A stretch of DNA of 64,000 nt from an uncultured Rhodanobacteraceae bacterium (GCA_964608595.1 CAZSOU010000001.1:6716-70715); one strand, 5' to 3'. Counted from the first letter of the stretch, positions 41,455 through 51,111 are shown. Notes: generated by a model from the letters alone, not told the origin. Program-made: numbers and translations.

Positions 41455-42933
41455 TCAGTGATCCCGGCCATTGATGAGTGAACGCAGAGGCGCGAACAGG
41501 TCGCTGGCCAGCAAACCGCGTTCGCCCTGCCGCGCCGCCAGGTCGCCGGCGCGGGCGTGCCATTGGGTGCCGTCACAGGCGGCCTGCCAAGGCGACAACC
41601 GCTGCGCCAACAAGCCGGCGATGATACCGCCAAGTACATCACCCATGCCGCCGCTGGCCATGCCCGGATTGCCGTGCCGACACACTGCCACGCGTCCGTC
41701 CGGTGCGGCGACCAGACTGCCGGCGCCTTTGAGAACCACCACGGCGTGATAGCGCGTCGCCAATTCGCGCGCGGCAGCGAAGCGATCAGCCTGTACCGCG
41801 GCGATGTCCGAATCGAGCAAGCGCGCCGCTTCGCCTGGGTGCGGCGTCAGCACCACGTCGCGGCCGTTGAAATCGCGCGGGGACGTGGCGAGAAGGTTGA
41901 GCCCGTCGGCATCAAGCATCATCGGCAGCGAAGCGTCCATGGCCTGTTGCCACAAACCGCGGCCCCATGCGTCTTGTCCCAGACCTGCGCCGACGGCCAG
42001 CACGCTGGCGCGTTCAAGCAACGATTGCAGCGCGTCGGGTTCAGGCATGGCTCGTGTCATCAACTCCGGCCGTGCCGCCAACATCGCGCTCAGGTGCTCG
42101 CCACGCGTCGCCACGCTGACCAGGCCCGCCCCCGTGCGCAACGCGGCTTCGCCGGCCATGCGCACCGCGCCGCCCATGCCGTGATCTCCGCCCACGACCA
42201 ACACGTGGCCGTACCGTCCCTTGTGGCTGTTGCGGGGGCGCGACGGCAAGGATGGCTCATCCAACACATGGGCATCCGCCGTTTGCGCGACGTACAAATT
42301 CTTGGGCAAACCCAACGTGTGCAGACTCAACTGGCCGCAGCAGTCCACCGCCTGCCCGGTAAAAAGACCGCGCTTCCAGGCCACGAAGCATGTGGTCGCC
42401 GCAGCGCGAACCGCCACGTCCGAAACGTGGCCGGTATCCGAGTCCAGCCCCGAGGGCACATCCAGTGCCAACAGGGGTTTGCCGCCGGCATTGATGGCGC
42501 CGACCCAGGCCGCCGCATCACCGCGCAACGGACGCGCAAGGCCGCTGCCGAACAATGCGTCGACAACGACATCGGCCAGCGCCAGCGTGTCCGCCTCAAG
42601 TGTCGAAGCGATCTGCCCCCCGGCATCCAGGAAGGTCTGACGCGCGTGCGCCGCGTCCCCGTGCGAGTTTTGCGTCAGGGCCGCCACGCGAACATCCAGA
42701 CCGGTTTGCAATGCCTGACTGGCCAGCAGAAAGCCGTCGCCGCCGTTGTTGCCGGGCCCACAAACCACAAGGATGCAGCGTGCCTCGGGCCACTGTCGCC
42801 GCAGCACGTCGAAAGCGGCGCGCGCAGCACGGCGCATCAGTTCGTCGCCGCTGATGCCGAGCTTTTCGATGGCATGGGCATCCAGCGCACGTGTTTGCGC
42901 GTTGGTGTAAAGCGAGTGCAGAGCATCGGACAT
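41455..42933 (-). CDS. nnr: Bifunctional NAD(P)H-hydrate repair enzyme (epimerase/ADP-dependent dehydratase)
   Basis: YjeF_N motif CGPGNNGGDG. C-terminal carbohydrate-kinase part GHVLVVGGDHGMGGA, VLTPHPGE, GMGDVLGG. ATG 42933. Confidence 0.9.
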   Translation of the reverse strand: MSDALHSLYTNAQTRALDAHAIEKLGISGDELMRRAARAAFDVLRRQWPEARCILVVCGPGNNGGDGFLLASQALQTGLDVRVAALTQNSHGDAAHARQTFLDAGGQIASTLEADTLALADVVVDALFGSGLARPLRGDAAAWVGAINAGGKPLLALDVPSGLDSDTGHVSDVAVRAAATTCFVAWKRGLFTGQAVDCCGQLSLHTLGLPKNLYVAQTADAHVLDEPSLPSRPRNSHKGRYGHVLVVGGDHGMGGAVRMAGEAALRTGAGLVSVATRGEHLSAMLAARPELMTRAMPEPDALQSLLERASVLAVGAGLGQDAWGRGLWQQAMDASLPMMLDADGLNLLATSPRDFNGRDVVLTPHPGEAARLLDSDIAAVQADRFAAARELATRYHAVVVLKGAGSLVAAPDGRVAVCRHGNPGMASGGMGDVLGGIIAGLLAQRLSPWQAACDGTQWHARAGDLAARQGERGLLASDLFAPLRSLINGRDH

Positions 42934-42981
42934 GCCCGAAGCATAGTCCGATGACAGGATCACGGCATCTACAATAGGCAC

Positions 42982-44064
42982 ATGTCCACTCCCGCCCCCC
43001 GCATCAACTATTCCGCGCTTGCCCGCGACATCAAGCAATGGGCGCGAGAACTCGGTTTCGCCGACGCCGGCATCACCGATACCGATCTGCGCCGGGATGC
43101 CGAACACCTCGAGCGTTATCTGGCCGCCGGACGGCACGGCGACATGGCATGGCTGAAAGACCGCGCGCACATGCGCGCACATCCCGCCGAACTGCATCCG
43201 GGCACGATTCGCGTCATTTCCGTGCGCATGAACTATGCCCAGCCCGATATCGATCAAGCCTGGTCGGTGGTACACGACGACACCCTCGGCTACGTATCGC
43301 GTTATGCACTGGGACGCGACTACCACAAGCTGATGCGCCGGCGCCTGCAGAAACTGGCCAATCGCATCGAGGAAGCCATCGGCCCGTTCGGCTATCGCGC
43401 TTTTTGCGACTCGGCGCCGGTGATGGAGAAATCACTGGCACAGAAAGCCGGTCTCGGATGGCGCGGAAAGCATACGTTGACGCTCGCGCGCAAAGGCGGC
43501 TCGTATTTCTTCCTGGGCGAACTTTTCACCGACCTGCCCCTGCCGGTAGACGCACCGGTGAACGATTATTGCGGAACCTGCACCCGCTGCATCGACGTGT
43601 GCCCCACCGGCGCCATCGTGGGTCCTTATCAACTCGATGCCAAGCGCTGCATCTCCTATCTGACCATCGAACTGAAAGGCTCGATCCCGGAAGATCTGCG
43701 CGCGCCGATGGGCAACCGCATTTTCGGCTGCGACGATTGCCAGCTGATCTGCCCCTGGAACAAGTTCGCGCAAGCAGCGACGGAAACCGACTTCGCGCCA
43801 CGGCATCAACTGGATGGCAGCAAGCTGACCGAATTGTTTGCATGGGATGAAGCCACGTTTCTGACCAGAACCGAAGGCATGGCCATTCGTCGCGCAGGCT
43901 ACGAGGGTTGGTTGCGCAACATCGCCGTGGCATTGGGCAACGCATCAACTTCGCCCGAGGTGCTGAGCGCCCTGAAGGCGCGTGCCGACCATCCGTCGGA
44001 CATCGTCCGCGAGCACGTGGCCTGGGCACTGCGCCAGCACGCACGGAAATCCGCGCTCGCTTGA
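42982..44064 (+). CDS. queG: Epoxyqueuosine reductase
   Basis: Two 4Fe-4S motifs CGTCTRCIDVCP and CDDCQLICPWN, plus a HEAT-like C-terminus. Confidence 0.9.
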   Translation: MSTPAPRINYSALARDIKQWARELGFADAGITDTDLRRDAEHLERYLAAGRHGDMAWLKDRAHMRAHPAELHPGTIRVISVRMNYAQPDIDQAWSVVHDDTLGYVSRYALGRDYHKLMRRRLQKLANRIEEAIGPFGYRAFCDSAPVMEKSLAQKAGLGWRGKHTLTLARKGGSYFFLGELFTDLPLPVDAPVNDYCGTCTRCIDVCPTGAIVGPYQLDAKRCISYLTIELKGSIPEDLRAPMGNRIFGCDDCQLICPWNKFAQAATETDFAPRHQLDGSKLTELFAWDEATFLTRTEGMAIRRAGYEGWLRNIAVALGNASTSPEVLSALKARADHPSDIVREHVAWALRQHARKSALA

Positions 44065-44198
44065 TCGTCGGCGAGTTGGCGCGTCGAGTAACGACCACAC
44101 CCGCGGGATCGACGTTTTGAGCCGGCACGGTCGGGGCGGCTTCGGATTGCATCGAAGCTCGTCTAGAATCCGTTCTTTTACCGAATCATGACGCTTGC

Positions 44199-45806
44199 AT
44201 GCAAACCGAAGGCGTGACCTTTCATCATCCTCTCGCCTTCTGGCTCGGTTGTCTGATTACCGCCATCGGGGTATGTCTGCATCTGCCGATGTTCATGATG
44301 GCGGCGCCGATGCACTTCCGCATGGCCGGCATGGCGATGGATACCGACATGCTGGTCGGCATGGCGTTGATTCCCGGCGGCGTGCTGCTGTCGGCTTTCG
44401 GTTTGCTCCCGCGCCTGGAACAAATCCGCAAAACGACGCAGCCAGGCGATCAGCCACATTGGCATGTCGCCGATTCGGTGCCGCTCAACCGCACACATCT
44501 GAAGTTGGCGTTGGTGTTGGCGCTGGTGCTGACCATTGACGTCATGAAACCGGCGTCCATTGCCTTCGTGATGCCCGGCATGGCACGCGAATACGGAATC
44601 GACATGTCTGTCGCCGGTTATCTGGCGTTGTCGGCGCTGGTCGGCACTGCTGCGGGCTCGGTGATTTGGGGGCGGCTGGCAGACGTGTTCGGCCGGCGCG
44701 CGGCCATCCTGTTGTCGGCGCTCCTGTTCATGGGCACGGCGATCTGCGGCACCATGCCATCGTTCAACTGGAACCTGGTGATGTGCTTCATGATGGGCGC
44801 GGCGGCCGGCGGCATGTTGCCGATCGCCTTCACGCTGCTGGCCGAAACCGTACCCTCGCGCCACCGTGGCTGGTTGATGGTGACCCTGGGTGGCGTAGGG
44901 ACCTCGGCCGGCTTCCTGGCCGCTTCAGGGGCGGCGACTCTGCTGATCCCGACCTTGAGCTGGCGTGCACTGTGGCTCCTGAATCTGCCGACGGGCGCGT
45001 TGGTGGTGTTGCTCAATCGCTACATTCCCGAGTCGCCACGATTTCTGGCCAATGCCGGATTGCCGGATCGCGCACGCGCCGTGTTGGCGCATTTCACTGC
45101 CGGGCATGATGACGGCGTGGTCGCGCAGCCATGCGATGAGCCGTCCGTCGACATTGCGTCACACGCGCCGGCTTCCGGTTTGCAGAACTTGCTCAAGGGG
45201 GCGCACGCGCCTGTCACCCTGGCATTGATGTTGTGCGGCCTGACGTGGGGATTGGTGAACTTCGGGTTCGTCCTGTGGCTGCCTGCCAATCTGGGGCGAC
45301 TGGGCTTGAACGCACACGCGGCCAGCGAACTGATGGCGCAATCGGCCTTGCTCGCCATCCCCGCCATTGCGCTGGTGGTCTGGCTGTATCAGCGTTGGAG
45401 CAGCTTCCGGTCGCTGGCGCTGTTCGTCGGTCTGACGGTGCTGGCGCTGGTGGTGTTTGCGTTCATCGAGGCAGGCGCGCTGCGCATACCATCGCTGACG
45501 ATCGCCGCCACCGTGCTGCTGTTGATCGCCATCAGCGGCGTCATCGCCACCATGATTCCCTATGCAGCCGAAATCTACCCAGTGCATCTGCGCGGTACCG
45601 GCTCGGGTCTCATCGCCGCCAGTTCCAAGGTCGGCGGCATTCTCGGCGCCATGATGGGTGTCGCGGGCCTGTTCGACAGTTTTCGACTGGCCGCCGCCCT
45701 GATCGCGCTGCCCATGCTGGCGGCCGGATGGCTGTTGTGGCGTGGCGGCACTGAAACCAGTGGTCTCGAACTGGAAACGATCCAGGCTCAGTTGCAGGGG
45801 AAATAG
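44199..45806 (+). CDS. MFS transporter with an extra Met/His-rich N-terminal segment (535 aa)
   Basis: MFS signature GRLADVFGRR and multiple TM helices. The N-terminal extension is HLPMFMMAAPMHFRMAGMAMDTDMLVGM. Confidence 0.8.
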   Translation: MQTEGVTFHHPLAFWLGCLITAIGVCLHLPMFMMAAPMHFRMAGMAMDTDMLVGMALIPGGVLLSAFGLLPRLEQIRKTTQPGDQPHWHVADSVPLNRTHLKLALVLALVLTIDVMKPASIAFVMPGMAREYGIDMSVAGYLALSALVGTAAGSVIWGRLADVFGRRAAILLSALLFMGTAICGTMPSFNWNLVMCFMMGAAAGGMLPIAFTLLAETVPSRHRGWLMVTLGGVGTSAGFLAASGAATLLIPTLSWRALWLLNLPTGALVVLLNRYIPESPRFLANAGLPDRARAVLAHFTAGHDDGVVAQPCDEPSVDIASHAPASGLQNLLKGAHAPVTLALMLCGLTWGLVNFGFVLWLPANLGRLGLNAHAASELMAQSALLAIPAIALVVWLYQRWSSFRSLALFVGLTVLALVVFAFIEAGALRIPSLTIAATVLLLIAISGVIATMIPYAAEIYPVHLRGTGSGLIAASSKVGGILGAMMGVAGLFDSFRLAAALIALPMLAAGWLLWRGGTETSGLELETIQAQLQGK

Positions 45807-45812
45807 GCTGCC

Positions 45813-46334
45813 TTACATGCGTACCGGGCCGCTTTTTTCGCAATTGGCGAGCATCTTGCGCGCCGATTGCACGCTGGCGGGATCCTTGGCGATGCGACGC
45901 ATCTCCAGCACCGTCTGCCAATTGCGTGCGCACAGGCTGCCCATTTTCGGGCCCAGGGAGTACGACTTGCGCGCCAGCTTTTCGGCTTGGACGTAATCGC
46001 CCAGACGCACGGCCAGTTCAGCTCGATCCTGCAACAGGTCCGGCGCATCGGGAGACAGCTCGAGCACTTTGTCCAACGTGGCGGCAGCCGCTTTGTAATC
46101 GTGTGCCGCCTTCTGCATGTCCACTTTGTCCAGCAGCGGCTTGACGCCCGGCTTGCGCAGCGGCTCCACGTGAATCACCGAATCGTCCTGGCGACCGGCC
46201 GCTTCAATGGCGGCCACCAGGTCGGTGCTGGGACGCACCGATTGTGGCGCGGGTGCGCTGGGCTGGGTACAGGCAACGAGCACGGCCGCAGCCAGCACGG
46301 ACAAGGCGAAAGGAAGTGTGCGTCGCAACAACAT
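45813..46334 (-). CDS. TPR-like outer-membrane lipoprotein directly downstream of mrcB (LpoP-like candidate)
   Basis: Lipobox LVAC (MLLRRTLPFALSVLAAAVLVAC), a Pro/Ala linker, then a helical TPR-like region. ATG lies 2 nt after the mrcB stop. Confidence 0.6.
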   Translation of the reverse strand: MLLRRTLPFALSVLAAAVLVACTQPSAPAPQSVRPSTDLVAAIEAAGRQDDSVIHVEPLRKPGVKPLLDKVDMQKAAHDYKAAAATLDKVLELSPDAPDLLQDRAELAVRLGDYVQAEKLARKSYSLGPKMGSLCARNWQTVLEMRRIAKDPASVQSARKMLANCEKSGPVRM

Positions 46335-46336
46335 GA

Positions 46337-48748
46337 TCACCGATTCGCTGCAGGAGAATTCGCGGGTTGAGGATTCCCGCCACCAAACAATCCCTTGAAT
46401 TGTTGCCAGAAGCAACCGTGGATCTCGCTCGGCTCGCTGCCGGCGATGAACGGTATGCGACGGGCGCCGTCACATTGCGGCTTGGTCCTTTCGCCGCTTT
46501 GCGGGTCGATCCAGACATAGTCGATGCCTTTGCCCAGATTCGATGGCAGCGGCAATGGTCGCGTCGGCATATGCGAAAAAAGATCACGCCAGACCACCAG
46601 CGAACCGGATGACCCCCACAGGTTCGTGGGCTTGTTGTCGTCACGACCCATCCAGAAAACGCCCAGTCGATCACCGGTGAAACCGACAAACCAGCTGTCA
46701 CGCTGATCGTCGCTGGTGCCGGTCTTGCCGGCGGCATGCAACCAACCCAGACCGGAACTGGTGATCGTGCTCGCCGTGCCACGCAAAGCCACCTGCTGCA
46801 TGGCATAAGTGATCAGCTTCACCGGCAACGGATACTCGCTTTTGCCGGAACGCACACGGTAACGCTTCAATGTCTTGCCGTGCGAGTCGGTGACGCCGCG
46901 CAGGGTGACCAAAGGCAACGCATGTCCGCCTGAAGCGATGAATTGGTACAAATGCGCCAGTTGCGCCGGTGACAGGTCGATGGCTCCCAGCACCAGCGAC
47001 GGATTGGGATTGACGTTTTTCAGACCGAACGACTCCAGGAATTTCTGCACGCGTTGAATCCCGATGGCAAGGCCCAGATGAACGGTGGCCAGATTCCAGG
47101 ACTTGACCAGCGCATCGACCAGAAACACGTTGCCGTGCGAACGGTTGTCATCATTCTGCGGCGACCAGATGCTGCCGTCAGGTTGTTTCAAATGCACCGG
47201 GGCATCGCTGATGATGCTGGCCAGCGACCAGCGACTGGGTTGAGACAACGCCACCAGATAAACCAGCGGTTTGATGGTCGAGCCGATTTGTCGATGCGCA
47301 TCCAGGGCCCGATTGAAACCCGGCTTGCCGGGGTCGCGGCTGCCGACCATGGCCAGCACATCGCCATTGTGCGGATTGGTGACGATACCGGCCGCCTGCA
47401 GCTTGTCGCCCTTCTTGCCCATGTCGTCGAGCGTGTGGGTGACGGCCTGCTCGGTATAAAGCTGCGCAGCCGGGTCCAGCGTCGTGAAGATGGACAAACC
47501 GTCGTCACGCAGCTGTTTTTCGTCGAAATCGTGCATCACCTGGGCGCGAACCAAATCCATGAACGCCGGGAAACGGTCATGCGGCAAGCGCGCCCGTTGC
47601 GTCACACCCAAGGGTGAGGCTTGTGCCTTCATGGTGACGCCGTTGTCAAGCAGTCCCGTCTGGTTGAATTCAGCCAGCACGTGATTGCGCCTGGCCAGTG
47701 CGCGTTCCGGATGCGAGCGCGGATCGTAATAACTCGGGCCACGCACCAGACCGACCAGCAAGGCGATATCCGCCGGCGACAGCTCCTGCACGCGTCTTCC
47801 GAAATAGAATTCGGCAGCAGCGGCAAAGCCGTGTACGGCCTGATTGCCCTTCTGCCCCAGGAACACCTCGTTTATGTAAGCTTCGAGAATGCGTTCCTTG
47901 CTGTAATGGGACTTGATCAGAATCGCCAGCAGCGCCTCGTTGAACTTGCGCACGAGCGTCTGGTTGCGATCCAGATACAGGTTGCGCACCAACTGCTGCG
48001 TCAACGTCGAGCCGCCTTGAACAATGCGTCCCGCACGCAGGTCAGCCCAGGCCGCACGTGCAATGGCGCCGATGTCGATGCCGATGTTGCTGTTGAAATT
48101 GCGGTCCTCGACCGCTTGCAGACCCTTGACCAGCAACGGCGGCACTTGACGCAACGTGACGACGCGACGCTCCTCCTGTTCGGCTCCGTAGAGCGTCGCG
48201 ATACGCGCCGGATCCAGATGCGTCTCGTCGATCGCGTGACCTTTCATGTCGGTCACCGATTTCACGTCATGCGCGCCCAACGTGACTTTGATGCGTTGCG
48301 GCAACTCGCCGCCATACGGACCGGCATAACCCCGCGATGAAATCACGTAATGGGTGTCGCCCCCCGTCCACGAGCCAGGCACACGGCCGGCATCATCGTG
48401 AACGTAACCGGCGAACTTGAGCTCCAGTTCCAGCGCCTCGGACGTCATCGGCTCGCCCTTCCGTAGCGACAACGGGCGCGCGTACACGCGTGTCGGCACG
48501 GAAAACACCAGGTCGTTGAACCGCTCCTGCACGCTGGCATTGAGAACCAGCATGTAGGGCACCAGAAAGCCCACGACAAGACCCAGCCCCAGCCAGACCG
48601 GATAGCGTAACCAGGGCCACAAGGAGCGAGCGAAAGACCGTGAGCGGGAAAAAAAAGACAAAAGCAGGACCGGGCGCGGGAACAAGTGCAGAATTATAGA
48701 CGGGGCAGAATACACATGAGGCGACCCACTTCCCTGTCTGAACAGCAT
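46337..48748 (-). CDS. mrcB: Penicillin-binding protein 1B (bifunctional glycosyltransferase/transpeptidase)
   Basis: GT51 motifs EDRNF, GGSTLTQQ, RKFNEA. Transpeptidase motifs STIK (SxxK), SWN, KTGT. An N-terminal TM anchor and a UB2H-like insert are present. Confidence 0.9.
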   Translation of the reverse strand: MLFRQGSGSPHVYSAPSIILHLFPRPVLLLSFFSRSRSFARSLWPWLRYPVWLGLGLVVGFLVPYMLVLNASVQERFNDLVFSVPTRVYARPLSLRKGEPMTSEALELELKFAGYVHDDAGRVPGSWTGGDTHYVISSRGYAGPYGGELPQRIKVTLGAHDVKSVTDMKGHAIDETHLDPARIATLYGAEQEERRVVTLRQVPPLLVKGLQAVEDRNFNSNIGIDIGAIARAAWADLRAGRIVQGGSTLTQQLVRNLYLDRNQTLVRKFNEALLAILIKSHYSKERILEAYINEVFLGQKGNQAVHGFAAAAEFYFGRRVQELSPADIALLVGLVRGPSYYDPRSHPERALARRNHVLAEFNQTGLLDNGVTMKAQASPLGVTQRARLPHDRFPAFMDLVRAQVMHDFDEKQLRDDGLSIFTTLDPAAQLYTEQAVTHTLDDMGKKGDKLQAAGIVTNPHNGDVLAMVGSRDPGKPGFNRALDAHRQIGSTIKPLVYLVALSQPSRWSLASIISDAPVHLKQPDGSIWSPQNDDNRSHGNVFLVDALVKSWNLATVHLGLAIGIQRVQKFLESFGLKNVNPNPSLVLGAIDLSPAQLAHLYQFIASGGHALPLVTLRGVTDSHGKTLKRYRVRSGKSEYPLPVKLITYAMQQVALRGTASTITSSGLGWLHAAGKTGTSDDQRDSWFVGFTGDRLGVFWMGRDDNKPTNLWGSSGSLVVWRDLFSHMPTRPLPLPSNLGKGIDYVWIDPQSGERTKPQCDGARRIPFIAGSEPSEIHGCFWQQFKGLFGGGNPQPANSPAANR

Positions 48749-48863
48749 TCTGCGTCATGTGACGTTCAGGGTTGTCTGCCGCCCGCGCCCGTCAATCAAG
48801 GCATAATCCCCGTTTTGCACTTCATGGCCGCACTGCGACAAATCATGAGTCATACGCACGAAA

Positions 48864-49020
48864 CCCCTCAAGGGAACCTCGAAAAACCGCGGATCATCGG
48901 AGTTTCCTGTGGGAGGGGCCGGTGGCCCCGACAGGATGTACCGCATGATCCGTCGCGGCCACCGGTCCCTCCCACGAGGGCAGCTCCAGGGTGCCACGGT
49001 TTTTCGAGGCTCCCTCAAGG
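48864..49020. repeat. ~157-bp nested-palindrome repeat, copy C (inverted relative to copy A)
   Basis: cccctcaagggaacctcgaaaaaccgcgg...tgtgggaggggccggtggccccgacagg...gcggccaccggtccctcccac...ccacggtttttcgaggctccctcaagg. It fills most of the mrcB / glycosyltransferase divergent intergenic region. Confidence 0.85.
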
Positions 49021-49032
49021 AAGAACCGACGC

Positions 49033-51105
49033 ATGAGCTTTCGTCTGCAACGCTGGCGCTACCTTGCGCGCCGCGTCCGTGCATCACTCGCGCAACGCGG
49101 TCTGCGCGGCACATGGCGACGCATCGCGCAAGCATGCAAACGTCGCCCCGCCCAGGACGCGCGGCTGGACCTGCTGCCGCTGAACACCGTATTCGAACCA
49201 TTCGCGCTGCCGGTCAGCGACGCCCCCGCGGTTTCCGTCATCGTGCCGATGCACGGCAAACTGAAATGGACCTTGGCCTGCCTGCATTCCATTGCACGCC
49301 ACGGAGCCGAGGCGCCGTTCGAAGTCATCGTGGTCGATGACGCCTCACCCGACCAGAGCGTGGCCACATTGCGCCGCATCAAGGGGCTGCGCCTGCACGA
49401 AAATGTCGAAAATCTCGGCTTCATCGGCAGTTGCAATGCCGGTGCAGACCTGGCTCGCGGTCGATTCCTGCTGTTTCTGAACAACGACACGCAGGTCACG
49501 CCAGGCTGGCTGGATGCCCTGCTCGATTGTTGCCGGAACGAGCCTGACTGCGGCATTGCCGGCAGTCGCCTGGTGTACCCGGACGGACGGCTGCAGGAAG
49601 CCGGAGGCATCGTCTACGCCGACGGCACGTGCTGGAACGTGGGCCGCTTCGAAGATCGCAGCGATCCACGCTATCGCTATCGCCGCGACGTCGATTACGT
49701 CTCCGGCGCTGCATTGATGATTCCGCGCCGCCTGTTCACCAGCATCGGCGGTTTCGATTCTCGCTACGCACCCGCCTATTACGAAGACACCGACCTCGCC
49801 TTTTCCGCGCGCGCAGCAGGCCGTCGCGTGATTTACGAACCGGCCAGCCTCATCGTGCACATGGAAGGCGCCACGTCCGGCACCGATGTCTTCGGCGGCG
49901 TCAAGCAGCAACAGCAAATCAACCAGCAGAAATTTGCCGACACCTGGGCCGACACGCTGACAGCACAACCGGCTCCCGGTACACCGGTGGCGCAGATCCT
50001 GCACGGCAAGCGTCCGCGTATCCTCATCATCGATACCACCGTGCCGGAACCGGCGCGTGATTCCGGCTCGTTGCGTCTGACCGCCATTTTCCATCTGCTG
50101 CGCGAGTTGGGCTGGCAAGTCGCATTCCTTCCCGACGACGGTCATGCCGACGAAAACCATGTGAACGCATTGAGCGCGCTGGGCGTGGAAGTATTGCGTC
50201 GCCCGTGGGTGCGCGATGCTTCGACATGGTTGCAACGCAACGCGGAGGCACTGGATGCGGTGATGCTGTGCCGTTGCGCGATTGCCGACCAGTACCTGCC
50301 GCTGGTACGACACCGTGCCCCGAAAGCACGCGTCATTTTCGATACCGTGGATCTGCATTTCCTGCGCGAATCACGCGCCGCCGAGATATCCGGCAACGCC
50401 GCCCTCACACGACAGGCGGAAGCGTCGCGCCGTCGCGAAACAGCTTTGGTGCAAGCCGCCGACATGACCTTCGTGGTCAGCCCGGTGGAACGCGACCTGC
50501 TAGCCGCCGAAGCTCCCGGCTGTCATGTCGAACTGCTTTCCAACGTGCACGCCGTACACGGTCGCCATGGCGATTTTGCCAGTCGCAAGGATCTGGTTTT
50601 CATCGGCGGCTACAACCATCCCCCCAACGCCGATGCCATGCGCTGGATGGTCACCGACATCCTGCCGCGTATTCGCCGGGACCGGCCGACCCTGCAACTG
50701 CACATCCTCGGCGACGTACCGTCCGAAGCCCGCCACATCCTGCAGGCCGACGGTGTCATCCTGCATGGCCGCGTCGACGATTTGGCGCCGTGGATGAACA
50801 CCTGCCGCATTTCCGTGGCGCCACTGCGCTACGGCGCGGGCGTCAAGGGCAAAGTCAACATGGCCATGAGCCACGGTCTGCCAGTCGTCGCCACTCCCGT
50901 TGCCGCCGAAGGCATGCACCTGGTCGATGGCGAAGACGTTCTCATCGCGGAAGACGCCGCGGCATTCGCTGCCGCCGTGCTGCGCCTCGATGCAGACGAA
51001 CCCCTGTGGATCAAACTGTCCGACGCCGGACTCGAGAACGTACGCCGCCACTTCTCGTTCGCCGCCGCACGCAATACGCTGCGGCGAGTGCTGGGGGATA
51101 GTTAG
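49033..51105 (+). CDS. Two-domain glycosyltransferase: N-terminal GT2, C-terminal GT1/GT4-like (690 aa)
   Basis: GT2 motifs VSVIVPMHG, VVDDASPD, FLNNDT, YEDTDL. The C-terminal half has a GT-B-like FIGGYNHPPNADA...GVKGKVNMAMSHGLPVVAT. Confidence 0.8.
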   Translation: MSFRLQRWRYLARRVRASLAQRGLRGTWRRIAQACKRRPAQDARLDLLPLNTVFEPFALPVSDAPAVSVIVPMHGKLKWTLACLHSIARHGAEAPFEVIVVDDASPDQSVATLRRIKGLRLHENVENLGFIGSCNAGADLARGRFLLFLNNDTQVTPGWLDALLDCCRNEPDCGIAGSRLVYPDGRLQEAGGIVYADGTCWNVGRFEDRSDPRYRYRRDVDYVSGAALMIPRRLFTSIGGFDSRYAPAYYEDTDLAFSARAAGRRVIYEPASLIVHMEGATSGTDVFGGVKQQQQINQQKFADTWADTLTAQPAPGTPVAQILHGKRPRILIIDTTVPEPARDSGSLRLTAIFHLLRELGWQVAFLPDDGHADENHVNALSALGVEVLRRPWVRDASTWLQRNAEALDAVMLCRCAIADQYLPLVRHRAPKARVIFDTVDLHFLRESRAAEISGNAALTRQAEASRRRETALVQAADMTFVVSPVERDLLAAEAPGCHVELLSNVHAVHGRHGDFASRKDLVFIGGYNHPPNADAMRWMVTDILPRIRRDRPTLQLHILGDVPSEARHILQADGVILHGRVDDLAPWMNTCRISVAPLRYGAGVKGKVNMAMSHGLPVVATPVAAEGMHLVDGEDVLIAEDAAAFAAAVLRLDADEPLWIKLSDAGLENVRRHFSFAAARNTLRRVLGDS

Positions 51106-51111
51106 AGCGGC

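Noticed and set aside
18821-49020. Possibility that the recurring palindromes form a CRISPR array
   Set aside because: The three copies are 18.4 and 11.4 kb apart, differ in length and orientation, and lie in separate intergenic regions. There is no regular repeat-spacer organisation and there are no cas genes.
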